From Sphagnum compactum (taxonomy: Eukaryota): a stretch of 64,000 nucleotides of DNA. The position numbers and the translations under genes are program-made. Shown here in pieces: positions 14,580 to 27,837 of this stretch (its first letter is position 1; each line of letters opens with the position of its first letter). The notes under the pieces are model-generated. The model was given only the letters and a program-made list of their open reading frames with translations. It was not told where the DNA came from and did no database searches. The stretch lies in NCBI GenBank assembly GCA_965153455.1, contig OZ234493.1, positions 35,392,213-35,456,212 of the forward strand. Direction: 5' to 3'.

Positions 14580-14886
14580 CAGTGTTTTGTTTTGGATGTG
14601 AAATTTTGCCCAAATGTGAAAATTTATAAAATAAAAGGGAACATTCTATCACAATATTCTCATTTTCTGAAAAAAAAAATTTGCCAAATTTCTTGAAATT
14701 TTTATATTTGAAATTATGTTTTTGTCACTTTTGGACTTTGATTTTAATTTAATAGCATTTTTAAAACTTTTCTTTTTACTATTTAAACATGTTGTAAAAA
14801 CATGTCACCACATAAAGCTAAAACCCCCTTGGGATGCTAGTCAATGACACAAGTTGCAACATCTGAAAATTGAAAAAATATCACTG
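14580..14886. mobile_element. Possible hAT-like MITE upstream of kinase
   Basis: CAGTGTTTTGTTT..AAAAAATATCACTG termini around an AT-rich interior; TSD only approximate. Confidence 0.45.
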
Positions 14887-16399
14887 GTTTGAACTTTGGA
14901 CACCAACAATATTATTTTCAGAAATGTTGAAATTGTCACAAGAAAAACTTCAAAGAAATTTTTTTTGTGAAAGAGAAATATGAGATCTTCAGAAATATTC
15001 TATTTGTTGAAATGAAAATTTCAAGAACTAACTAATTATTCAACAGACATGAAGTTGAAGTTTACCAAGGTATTATAGACACTTTGTGTGTGTGTGTGTG
15101 TGTTTTTTTGGGCTTTTCTTTCTTTCAGTTTTGCAATGTAACATCTTTAGGACATTAATCGGTGACAAGTCTTTTACTGAAACTTGAAACTGGCGAGAAA
15201 AACTGCTATAAGGCTCAAAACTGTGTCAAGATAAGACAGAAAATTTTAATTATTTTCAAAGAAAATTCCTAAAATGGCAAAAAAGCAGAAAACCCCTCGA
15301 AAACATCATTCTTGATGATTTTTCCATTTTTCAGGAAAACAACTACCTATAGCCAGGATTGTTGCAAAATTTTGCCACCAAAAAAAGAAACACTGTTTCA
15401 ACTTGGCATGATTCCACTTGTGCCTTCCTCTTCTTACTGTTTCTACCGGTGTTGGACAGTTCTCATTTTTGTGAAAACCGCCGGTCCCGGTTCTCAAAGC
15501 CACTTTAAAGAACCTTTAAGGTTCTCATTATTAGAAAGGAAGAAAAGATTTAGATAATCTTTAAGGGTTTCAGGTTTTTGGAAAAAAATTCCACGGTTTT
15601 CAGGCTTTCTGGTTCTCATAAAAATTACAACCCTCGGTTTTCACAAACGGTTCTCAGAAGCCGGTTTTCAAAATTAAAAAAAATCAGAATATATATATAT
15701 ATATGAATAAAAATTTCTCCCTTTTGTAGAAGAGCCCGACGCTTCTTTGTGAAGCTCCCCCTGAAGGAGCCGTTGAGGAGGCTAGCGCCACCCAAACTAA
15801 AACCTAAACCTGACTAAACACTAGAATTTTCCTTAAAGTCATCCTGTCTTCACCCTGTCTTTGGGCCTCTGTTCACCCCCTATCCCCTCTTTGAGTGAGG
15901 TCCGCAAAGTAAGGAAGTTTTATTAAATCTGGGTATGAAATGCTGAAACTCAGCATTTGATGCACCAGGTTCGAGATAATTATAGTAGTTGTACATGTAG
16001 GAGCAGTGAAAATATATGTAGCAGCAGTGGAGGCGCTCAGGAAAAAGGAAAGATGGGTCAAAACCGGATGAAACTCAATTTGGCACAAAAAGTGGTGCAT
16101 TTATGAGTTTGACCCCCAGTTGAAGGTTAATGTACTTTTTTGGAGGTTTTTCTTTAATCTCACCCGGTTTTGGACCAAACTCAAGGGTACTGGTGCCGTG
16201 TTTTCCTGACTTTACGGAAAACTTTACTAAACACCCTGAAAACCGGTGCCCACATGTTTTGATATCCTTAAAGGTTATCAGAAAAGATTCAACTGATACC
16301 TTTTGAGGTTTTCAAAAAGTCCGTTTTTCACTGGGAGAGAACTGGTGGGCAAGTTCTCAAAATGGTTATCATTGTATTTGAAAACCTCCTATTCTCATT

Positions 16400-16618
16400 C
16401 TAATAGTAAACCACCTGGACCAATCATTATGATCAGAAACACTGAGTAGCAGTTAGATCATATTTATTACACTCTTTTCTGCAGGCGCCCTTAACCAGCC
16501 ACGGCAGGCAACGTGACCAATTATGCGAAGCCAAAATCATTTTCCTTAGCCAAACCGGCATACGTTGCGTTTTCTTAATCCAATTTTACTGTCCAGGATC
16601 ACATACCTGGAGATGCTC
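16400..16618 (+). mobile_element. 5'-truncated copy of the same Harbinger MITE
   Basis: AAACCACCTGGACCAATCATTATGATCAGAAAC..AGCCAAACCGGC..CTGGAGATGCTC followed by TTA. Confidence 0.72.
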
Positions 16619-17421
16619 TTACGTTTTACTTACCTTACTCGAAGGTGATATTAAGTGAGTTCAGAAAGCTTTGTACCGGCCTACTGAGCATCTTTTTGCC
16701 CCGACCTACCAACTAATGTGCCATTTGTCCTTATTACCCAAATACTAACCATCTGCAAGCATCGACCTACTTGCCATAAACCTACTAATCACTTACACAC
16801 TCGTTCCTACCAACTGCCTCTCAAGCAATTTTAATTTTTCATAAGACTTTTAATTAAGCACAATCCTATGTAGTCATTGGGGGCAAAAAAGAGGGTCGGC
16901 AAAATTTAAGTGACGTGTCAACTTTTCATTGGCTATGATGTCAGCATTCTAATAGATTGCATTAGTTCCACCATCATACTTGGCACCCATTCTGACTTCA
17001 CCAAGTTCTTTTCAAATGCAAGTAAATCAATTTAGGCCTAGTATAGAAAATAATAACAGTATAGGCCATGTATAGGTGACCAAAAATGATCTACCCAATA
17101 TAGGGAGGGGGGTGTCTTTTGCGCCACTACAAATGATCCATGTGTCCATGAGGGATTAGAATTAATCTATGCCATTAGTTGGCAATTTGATAGGAGCTTT
17201 AGTGGGAGTGAAAAAGGGATCTAGAGAGAGAAAATGAGAGAGAACTTGAGTAAGATTCTAGACAAAATTAGAAAAAAAGAAAGGGGGTGTGAAAGATTGA
17301 GGGGGAATGAAAAAGGGTTCAAAATAGAGACATTTGTGGGAGGGGGAATGAAAGAGGGTTCAAGAGATAGAGAAACGATTGTAGGAGGAGGAGTGAGAGG
17401 GTTAAAGAGATAGAGACAGTT

Positions 17422-20136
17422 CACTAGTAGAAATTAGCTAAAATGTAACCACTTCGTTTGCAACTACATGCAACTTGTAGTCGTTTACGACTAAGTTTGA
17501 GAGTATTTACAACTATAAGATCAAATTTCAACTATTTTAGTCACTTATATAACTATGATGCAACTATGAAAACTTCATCCTATTGGTTGGATGGCTTTTA
17601 GGTTTATTTTCATCCATGAATCTATTGATATGTCCCATTAGTCATAATAGTCACTAAATTAGTCACATCCTAAAGGTATTCTACGGTAACATAGGAGTGT
17701 ATTTATATGTATGTATTAAAATTATATTTACGATATATTACATATATCATAAATATATATTTGTGTGTATATTAATTATGTGTATGTATGTATATTGTTC
17801 ATATAATGAATCTAAAAATCAACATTTGAACTCTGAAAATTATTATTCAAATCTGAAAATTAATATTTCAGTTATGAAATGTATATATATTTGAATTTAA
17901 AAATTGATATTTTAATTTTAAAAATATTTATGTGGATTTGAATTTTTTATTTGCATTCTGGATTTTTTGTTTAATCTAAAATCATTATTTGAATCTAAAA
18001 TTGTTTTTCCAATTCTAAAAAAATTATTTGAATCTAAAAATCAATATTTGAACTCTGAACATTGTTATTCAAATCTGAAAAGTGATATTTCAATACTAAA
18101 AAGTCTTATTTCAATTCTGAAAAATGTATTTGAACCTGAAAATTGTTATTCCAATTCTGAAACATTTTATTTGAATCTAAAAATCAATATTTGAATTTTA
18201 AATATGAATTCTTAAAATTGTTAATTTTATGCAAATATATATGTTTGAATATATATTTATAATTCAAATTATGAAAATTATATTTAAACATTAAAATCAA
18301 TGTTTCAATTTTGAAATTGCTATTGGAATTCACTATATATATAATTTTAAAAAATTTGAATCCAAAAATTTTATTTTAATTTTTAAAAAAATTATTGGAG
18401 TTATTTAGTTAATTATTTGAATTTGAAAATTAAAATTTCAATTCCAAAAACTATTGATTGAGTTTTAAGGTTTTTTCTGTTGGTGTTATCCATAATGAAT
18501 CACTTTTATAAATAATCATGAATGATTATATTTATTACTTATAAGTTACACTAAATAATTATTTTTAAAACATAAATTCTTCCATTATTTATTTTATATT
18601 CTTACAGTAAAAGAAATTAATTATTGTAATTAATGTTACATTACTTTAAAATCATTGTAATTACTTCAGATAAAAATTAATTATAGCATATGTATAATTA
18701 TTTTTTAATGTAATTTATAATTTTAATCTGAATTAAAAATTTGGAGAAATTATAATGTAGTTAAAATAATTATTGTAATGATTGTAATTTCAGGAATTAT
18801 TATAAAATAATTTCAGTTTTTATTTTTTTAAATTTTGTAATTACTTATTTATGATAAGGTTTTTTACAATAATAAATGTAATTTATATAGTAATTAATGT
18901 AACTACTTTAGTATTTTTTTTTAAAAATCGTGTAGGAATTGTTTTTAATAACAATTGTTCGTTCATTATTTATAATTTGAAAAAAAATATTATTATTATT
19001 TTATAAATTAAATTAACTAAATCATTTTTACATTAATTATATTATCTATAATTCGACTAGATATAAAAAATTAATAAAATATTTTAGTAATTTATTTGTC
19101 TTTGAGTTATGTATTAACAACTTGTGAGAAACTAGATAACTAGTTAGTTAAATATTTAAAAAGTTATATTTATTTAAATAGTTGATAATGAATATTTAAT
19201 ATTTGTAATGTATAGTTTAATCATTAATTAAATGTAATCTAATTATCTAGTGAGCCATGTACTTGAATTGTTTATAAATTTAAAAACTAAGAACAAAAGG
19301 CATGAAGAAAGTTTTGGAGTTATAATTTAGTTTGTGAAAATGTTACAACTTCAAAACTTATCCCATATTGTTTATTCCCCATTCTTATTTTGAACATTAT
19401 ATAAACAAAGGGTGTGGTCATCAAATTTCACATTAAGAAATTTGTGCGCTGGGATGAGCTAATCAAAAGGTTTAACCCAAAACAAATAAAAAAGTTATGC
19501 ACAATTTTAAAATATCAACCTCCCCAACCTACTTATTTACCTAGCTAGGTAGGGACATAGTATGACCTACCCACCTAGGTCAACCTATGTACCTACCTAC
19601 TTAGGTACCTACTTATATGAATAGGTATTTAGCCTAGGAAGATAGACCTACCTACCTACCTTTTTACTTAAGTAGGTAGGTAGGTAGGTATGTAACCTAG
19701 GTTTCTAAGCACCTATTTATGTACATACTTAGGCACCTACCAACCTAATATTAATATTTTGTATTAAATTCATCTTAAAGTGCCCCATGGCATATTTACA
19801 TTGGGCCACGTGTCATAAAATAGGATCATCCAAGCATTTGAATTGAACGTCTTAGATTATTTCAAAATAATAATTATTATCATATTTTAAATAATTCAAT
19901 ATTAGAACACGTGGCAACACATCATTTGCCTCAATTGTGACCAAAATAGTTGCATCATAGTCGCATGTGACAATATGTATACAATGGAGTCAAAGGATGA
20001 TCTTGTATTTGTTGACTTTTTCTTTCATCTAATACCCCTTGTCGTTTGCAACTAATGTCTCATGCAACTTGTCCAAGGCGACTAATGAAATTTTAGTTGT
20101 AGAGACCAATCAAAAATAACTATTTTTCTTCTAGTG
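17422..20136. mobile_element. Non-autonomous CACTA element (2.7 kb)
   Basis: Termini CACTAGTAGAAA..TTTCTTCTAGTG with 3-bp TSD GTT (17419-17421, 20137-20139). Subterminal GCAACT/AGTCGC-type motifs and an AT-rich interior with ~21-bp degenerate repeats (~17810-18450). It interrupts a GA-rich repeat. Confidence 0.88.
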
Positions 20137-23100
20137 GTTGTGGGAGGGGGAATGAAAGAGGGTTCAAAAGAGAAACAATTGTGGGAAGGAGTTTTCTAAA
20201 ACTCTCATTTTCTAAAACATAATCCACAAAAATGACCTTCATACACCCACAATCTTCAAAACATAGAATGCATATATAAACTTCTCAATTAGGCGATTGC
20301 ATTTAGTACTTGAAAATTGTCTTGAGGAGAGGTCGAAATGTTGTTGAAACCTTGGTCACTCCCTAGGCTACACTCCACATTCAGGGTGAGCTGCTCCACT
20401 TGTAAAAAACAAGAGCTTAAGACCTCATGGCCAAACAAAATAAATGAGAAAGAAGGCACAAAGACATGTCTAACCCTAGAACAAAGGGAGTACAGTCACT
20501 AGAAGATGAGCTTGGACTGAACAAATTGAGACCTAAACCATATAAAGTGGTCTATAGTTATCGATAGTTCATCAAATCTTTTTTAACATTTTTTTATTGG
20601 TGAAATATTGCTAAAAAGTGAAATAAAAAATTTCAAAAGTGAAAATGAAGTGTATTTTGTAGGTTTCAATTGTCAAAAATGACCCCCTGAAACAAAAAAA
20701 ATCACCAAATTTTTGCATTTTGGTTTCAATAATTTAACCATGAATATAAAGTGATTATTAAAGATTTGTGATTCATATCTACATGGTCCTCTACATGATT
20801 GCCACTTTGGCTATATGAAAAAATCCAAGTGAAAAAAACATCGATATTTTCTTTCAAACAGAGGGTTTAGCTTTTTATCTACACTTCTTCCCACGCAAAT
20901 TCTACAGGCCTGCTTGTTGCCATAAGGTATATTTTTTGACCTCTTTCTACATTTGTTTGAGCATACCATTGTCTTGTGTTTTTTCAGTTTGTAGAGCAAA
21001 AGGAGAGAGTACATTTGATTCAAGGGCAAGTATGCTTACAACTTCTCCAAGTTCCATGCAAGAGGAGGTTGTTGGATACAAACCCAACCTATATGAAAAA
21101 CAAAGAAACAAGAACGTCCAACATCTCAAGAAGGCCTTCCAAGACTTGGGGCTTGAAAAAGCTGCAATAGATTTGTAAGTAGATTTATAGGTCAACCCTT
21201 AATGCTTTCCTTTCATTTCAATACTTTCTGATTTGAAGCACTTTTGATTTGGAACTAATAAAATTTCCTTAGGGTCATGGTTCCACAATGAACTATTGGT
21301 AAAAACTAGAACTCTTGTTTAGCAATGGCATGTGTTAGGGTTTTAATTGTTTCTTTTGTAGCTTTGAAGTCTTGAAATTAGGCCTAGTAGGTTCATTGAT
21401 AAATAATATTCATTAGAAAAATCTTATTCATGTAAGAAAATTTCTCGCTCTATAGTTCTTTTAGACAAGTACATGTTTTTTAAAAAAAATTCTTGAAAAT
21501 TTGTAAAGTTCATCCAGACAATTGTGAATTAAGTGCATACTTTTATTTTGGCATACCAACTAATATCCACCCTATTTTGCATATGGTTACATTGTGCTTG
21601 TAAGTTAGGCCTTTAAAAAATTTCTTGGATTCCAACCCAATTTACCTTTAATTTGCAATGTTTTGAAGTGTCTTTCCAAAAAAAGATAAGTCAATAAATC
21701 TTTCAAGTGGTAGTTTGAATTGGGAGAGGATTTTTCAAATATGGGTGTGCATTTGAATCTTTTTTCATAATTTGTTCATTGTTTGAAGTTATTACATCTA
21801 GAGACACTTACATGATTGCATCATAGTGAGGTCATTGAACTATGCACCTATTAGCTTGAATGAGGAGTTTAGTTTGATATATGGTGATGTGGATATCTAT
21901 GTGCAGACCTTAAAGCTCTCACATATTCCTTTTTTTTGGTCTGTGGAAGCAGGAAACTATTGCAACATTTCTTGGGAGGAAAAAGTTTAAGCAAACATCT
22001 TTGAAGTGCAACTAGGTAGGTCCAAGTTGGTGTAATGTTCGTATAGTGAGCAACCCAAACCTACATGTCAATATGGTTGAAGGCAAAGATGGTCTTGATG
22101 TAAAGTGCTCGGAAAACACTAGCAATGAATTATAACAAATTGGGTCTAATTACCATGGAAGCTCAGAAGGTGATGATATTGAAGCATTCATGGATGAGGC
22201 CATAGACATTCCACCTAGAAGTTCCTTTTGTTTGCATTGATTCATGTTTTCAAAAACCACCGTTGAAGTACTGCTTGCTTCACATCAAGAGGAATGCCAT
22301 CTAGCCTTGTTTATTTCATAGATAAAAATCACAAACACCACTAGACTCATCTATCACTCTATGACACACAATTGCATCAAAAATATTTTAAACATGAACA
22401 TTAAGGGTTTTTGTAATCCCACACATGGATGATTTGCTATGAGCACTTACAACTATAGTCAAGAGGGTGTGTTTTGTTGCAAGTTATACCTTATTGTTTG
22501 AAAACTTGTTCCTTTTTATGGCTTTACTCACCCTTGCAATAACTTCTTATTAAGCAATTGCAACCATTGGAGGCTTGATGTAATTTGGTAGGTTATCTTT
22601 CACTTTTGAATGAGAAAAAACCTTTCTCATCATTCTTTGGCAAGGGCCATACCTTCTTCAATACCTTGTCAAATTTCTTCTTCCTACTTTCTAAAAACAT
22701 GTGATCTCGCTTTACAAGCATTTTGTGCATCTCGTTTTTCAAGAAGCATACTTTCCCTGACAACATTCCATGCTTTGGGTCATAGCCTCTTCACTCCTAC
22801 CTTCTTTTGCATCACTTAAGGTAAGAAAAATAAATAGTGATCTATTGCAAATGTTTGGAAAAACAAAAATAGGCTTGCAAAATGGATTTCAAGTTTGGAA
22901 AACAAACATGATGTTGTAAGCCATAATAAAGAATGGCAACATCTACAATGAACCTCAAACCCAAACCCTATTAATAAATGTGTAGAAAAAATGGTTATCC
23001 TATGAAAAGACTCAAAACTTTTCCAAAGACAAAAGTTGTTAGTGAGTTTTAAGTTGTTGAATTTGAAAATCATCATTCCCAAAGTCATTAGTTCACCAAA

Positions 23101-25649
23101 TTTGAAATTTGTCAAATTCACTCCTTCAAGTGTTTTAGTTATTTCAATAATGCTTTTTGTAAAGAAGTTGCACAACTTACAATGAAAACCTAAAATGAAG
23201 CCAACAATAGAGTTAATAGACCTCGTTTAAAATATTCACAACTTATGATGGGGTTAAAGCATGATTGGGGTTCCCTTTAAGGAACACCAAGGACTCACTC
23301 TTAAGAACTCAAATTCACCTTTTTCTTCGCTTTTCTTATGACCTATCGTAGATTTCCCCTTTTTTCTCATGTAAAATGAAATAATTTTGTTCCAATTTTT
23401 ATATAGGCATTTAAAATATCTATTGTTTTCATTTATGAAAGTGAAAATTTATATATATCCAATTTGGACCATGTTCTATTAATGACCCAAAACTCTTAGA
23501 AATTTCATTTTTTGAAACTTTTTACATTACAATAAGACATTTGGTTTTTACCACATTCGTACATTTTATTACATCAGTACCTAAGGTATTTGTAATAAGA
23601 ATCTTGGGCTACAAAAATTTGTTTAAACATTCCTTATGAATCTTTGAATTTTTTTCTTAGAAGATAGTCCTAGATTTTATTTCCAAGACCTGGTAGGAAT
23701 CACGAAACTTGTTCAAATTTGACATGCTATACATAGAATAGATACAACATGTTTTAAGTGAGAGGGTCCACCGAGATACAAAAGGAGACGGTCCTTTTTG
23801 GTACCCCAACTATATTTTGATCCAATGAAAAGTTGAAAATGAAGCCCCGCAACAAAGTGAAAACCTTATTTGCTCAAAGTTTTCAAAGTTAATTTGCATG
23901 ATGTACACAAAGGAATATTAGAAAATTTTGATTGTTACAATGTGATTGTTCACATCGACAAGAATGCCAATGCAACCTCAATGCTCACGTTATTATAGAT
24001 GGGAAATATGGAAACACTTTTTGTTTTCAAAAAAGACAGAACCTTAAAGGTCACGTGCAACTATTTGTGACATCAACATCACCTCTATAATGTGATGACA
24101 CACATCCACTTGTTCCTAGCCCCAACCATAGGGTTATTTTGTCACAAAATAAGAAAATTATGAATTGGACAAAAGTTCATGGTAAATTGTCCTATTAATC
24201 ACAAATGTTCCCAAGAAAAAACTCCAAATTCATAAAATTTAACACTTCAAGGACTTATTTTGGACTTGGAATCACATTGATCTAAAGCCTTGTGGAAAAC
24301 TTATTTTCATTCAATTAATTCAATATTGTGTTCTATTCATAATTTCATTTCACATAAAAAGTTGAATATATTTGCAAAAGTCCATTTTGAATAAATAATT
24401 TGGTATCTTTTCATTTCCTTTTTAAAGTCATAAATATGTTACATGCTATTCAATAATGACTCCTTTCTAGCATTTGATCAAGATACCAAAGATACATAAA
24501 CCTATATAAAAGCATAACCCCATTGAAAATTGCAGTGTGGCTTAGAAAAATTGACACCTTAGTATGCCAAGACCCAACGATAGTTGTAGGCACTTACATA
24601 GGAGCACATGACACTCTTTTCATTTGTGTTTAGCTCCTATTTATGTGTTTGATTCCTCTCAAGTGTGTGTGGTTGGTTTTATTTTTGTGTGGTTAACTCC
24701 TTTGTTATGTGTTTGGCTCCTTGTTTGTGTGTTTTAATCTCTTTTTCTATTTGCATTTGGCTCCTCTTTTGTGTGGGCATGTCCACAATAAAAAGAGCCA
24801 AAACAATTGTCAAATGTAGTGTAACATTGTACCATATCTACTTTGGAAGACAAATTTGTATATTATATTTATTTAAATTACTATTTTTTTCACCATTGTG
24901 TTTATTTAGTAATGATGTTGCTCCTTCACGAATTTGGAGTCATTTCATTATGTTTTGAGAATCTTTTAATAACACACATAAAATATTTACAAAATAGTTG
25001 TCAAACAAGGCTTTTGAATTTGAACATCCTTTTTTGCTCATCAAATGTGCACCATTCATTCCCAAAATTCTAGAATATATCATGTTGATGATCAAAAATG
25101 CAAAAGGAGTTGAGATTTGTAAAACATTATAGTTATTACACATATCAACATATTTGATTCACTTGAGTTTTTGGCCTTCCAAATTATAAATTTTGATAAT
25201 GTGTCTAAGAAAATGTTTTCATTCTTATGTGTTGGATTGCATCGATAAATTTTATGGAAAATAAAATGTCAGTTAAATAATGTTTTCATTGATTGCCAAC
25301 ATGTTGTCTCAAGGTAAATCCATAAATTAGGTCCAATCCCCATAGTTTGTATACTTAATAGGTGATTTTATGTGATAATTTTTTCCAAATAAGGTAAAGT
25401 TTAATCTTACATACAATTTTGGGATGTATATTTTGTGTTGAAAATGTATTAATTTCTAACGTGTAATGAAAAGTCATTTTGTATGCAAATTCATTTTCAT
25501 GTACTTGATATTCACTTATGAATACAAATGGATAACATTGCAAACAATTAAATGAATAAATAAATAAATTTCATAATGAAACTTTTAAAATGTGGTTAAA
25601 CATAGTCCTAAATTTTTTTATGTCCATGGCACCTTTGATTCCATTTATT

Positions 25650-26630
25650 GTGGAGAGACCTATTTGTGTTTAACCTTTTTTTGGTGTGTATTTCATTTTT
25701 TTCTTATGTGTATTTGGGTCCTTTATTTTGTGTGAGGCCCTTATATTATGTGTATTCAACTTTTTTTCTTTGTGTATTCAACTATGCTAGTAGGTGTGTT
25801 TGGTTCCTTTTTGGTTTGTGTTCAGCTCCTTTCTTTTGTTTGTTTGGTTTTTTCTTTGTGTATTTAACTTTTGTATTATGTGTAATTGGCTTTTCTTTAG
25901 TGTGTACTTGATTTTTCTTTTTTGTGTTCAACTCATCTTTTGTTTATATTTTCCTTCTCTTTGGTGTGCATGTGGTTCTTCTTTTGTGTGTATGTACTTG
26001 CTTCCTTTTTTGTGTGTGAGACTTTTCTTTGTGTGTAAGTAGCTCTTCTTTGTATGCGTTCGGCTTTTCTTTTGTGGGTATTTGGCTCCTCTTGTGTATG
26101 TCAACTCCTTTTGTGTGTATTTGATTCATTTTTTTGTGTGTTTGGCTTTTTTGTGTGTGTTTGGCTTGTTTATTCTGTGTGTTTAGCTCCTTTTTTGTGT
26201 GCATTTGGTTCCTTTGTATTGTGTGTTCAACTCATGTATTATGTTAATTAGTTCACTTTTTGTGTGTACTTTTCTTATTTTATGTGTGTTCAATTTATCT
26301 TTTGTGTGTATTTGAATATTTTTTTGTGTGTATTCAATTTCTATTTGTTTGCACTTGGATTCTTTCCTCTATGTATTTGGTTCTTTTTAATATGTGTTTT
26401 TGTTGGTTTTGTGTGTTTTCAGTTTCTCTTTTTATGTATATATTCAAAAAAAAATTTGTTTAGGTTTGGGTTTTTGTTTGTTTGTGTTAAGTTCCTCTTT
26501 TGTGTGTATTCGGTTCCTCATAATTAACTTTCTGAATTTTAAATTATTTCTAAATTCAAGGATTTTATGAAAGTGTAAAACACTTTTCATTTGTATTCAA
26601 GTCCTTTTCTATGTGTTTTTCGTTCCTTGT
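25650..26630. repeat. T/G-rich degenerate minisatellite (TTTTGTGTGTGTTTGGCTCC-like); second patch at ~24620-24780
   Basis: Recurring TTTGTGTGT..GGCTCCT motif at roughly 20-bp spacing; explains the F/C/V-rich spurious ORFs. Confidence 0.75.
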
Positions 26631-27679
26631 TTGTGGAGGGTAAAATTCGTGGGGCTTAGCTTTATTGAAATAAAGGGCCTTAGAAGTGAAAGCCAAAAGG
26701 AGCCTGAATTTTGGTAAAATCTTGCTTTGAGTGCTTTACTTATAGTAAAAACTACTTCATTTTAAAATATGTTTTATGGGAGTACATCTACAAAATAATT
26801 AGCCATAGTAAAAGTAACCAATGGTTAATTTTTTATGTTTTTATGTCAAAGGAATGATTAAATAATTATTATCTAAATCATTATTCAGAATAATGAGTTA
26901 TTTCATAGTAAATAAATATTAAATAAATTATTGACAAATCATTGATTGATAAATATTAAATATGGATTATTTATTTATAAACTTGTTGACTTATTGAAAT
27001 TAATTTAAAATTAACTAACTATTATTTCTTTTTTTAAATTAATAAATTAATTAATATGAATAATTCATGAATATTGATAATTTTACTGTATCAATTTGCG
27101 ATTCAATATCTAATTAATTATCAAAAAGTTTTGAAGTAACTAATAAATATTAGTTGATTGCTTAATTATTTGGTATTAGTTAAAATATAATTAAATGATT
27201 AAATAAAATTATTTAGTTCATACTTTATACTAACTAATGAACTATTTGAAAATAATACTTTATCAATAATTAATGCTTGTGTAATACAATGATTATTTCA
27301 TATTAATATGACCTTGCTACTATAATTTAATCATATCTTAATAAATATGATATATTATAAATGAACCATACAAAATCAAAATGATATTTCTTTTCAATCC
27401 AATATGCCCATAATATGGTCAAATATATTTTTAATATACCTTGAATATAATTTCAATGCACCTTAATATGTTAAATAGGCTTAATAAATGTTTAATACAC
27501 CCTGAATAAAAACTATATAATATTTTTTAATGTAGTACACAAAACCATAGTGTACATTAAATGTATACACACACCATAATAAGTAACCAAATTGGAATTA
27601 ATTTTGCAAGTAAATGAACATATGAGCTTATTCATGGATGAAAAATTCAAAAAACTAGTCAATGTGGAAGGATGTGTAA

Positions 27680-27837
27680 TTTAATAATCACAACATAGTC
27701 ATAAAAATAGTCGTAAAGTTTAAAAGATCGTGACTATTGTAAAATTGATAAAACAAAGTTGCAAAGGATAGGTAATTGCATTTAATCATATGTAATTGCA
27801 AATTGAATTGTTGCATATTACAAGATTTCTTCTAGCG
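27680..27837. mobile_element. CACTA right terminus (partner not located)
   Basis: GATTTCTTCTAGCG, preceded by AGTCGT/GTGACT/GTTGCA subterminal motifs like those of the other CACTA copies. Confidence 0.55.

Noticed and set aside
15765-15790. miR390-like string (AGGAGGCTAGCGCC); also a miR319-like CTTGGACTGAA near 20511
   Set aside because: Only partial matches and no complementary star arm.
20800-23200. Decayed transposase-like coding relic
   Set aside because: No motif I can assign confidently; BLASTX against TE proteins needed.
24665-26527. Hydrophobic F/C/V-rich ORFs resembling membrane proteins
   Set aside because: Products of a T/G-rich degenerate minisatellite.
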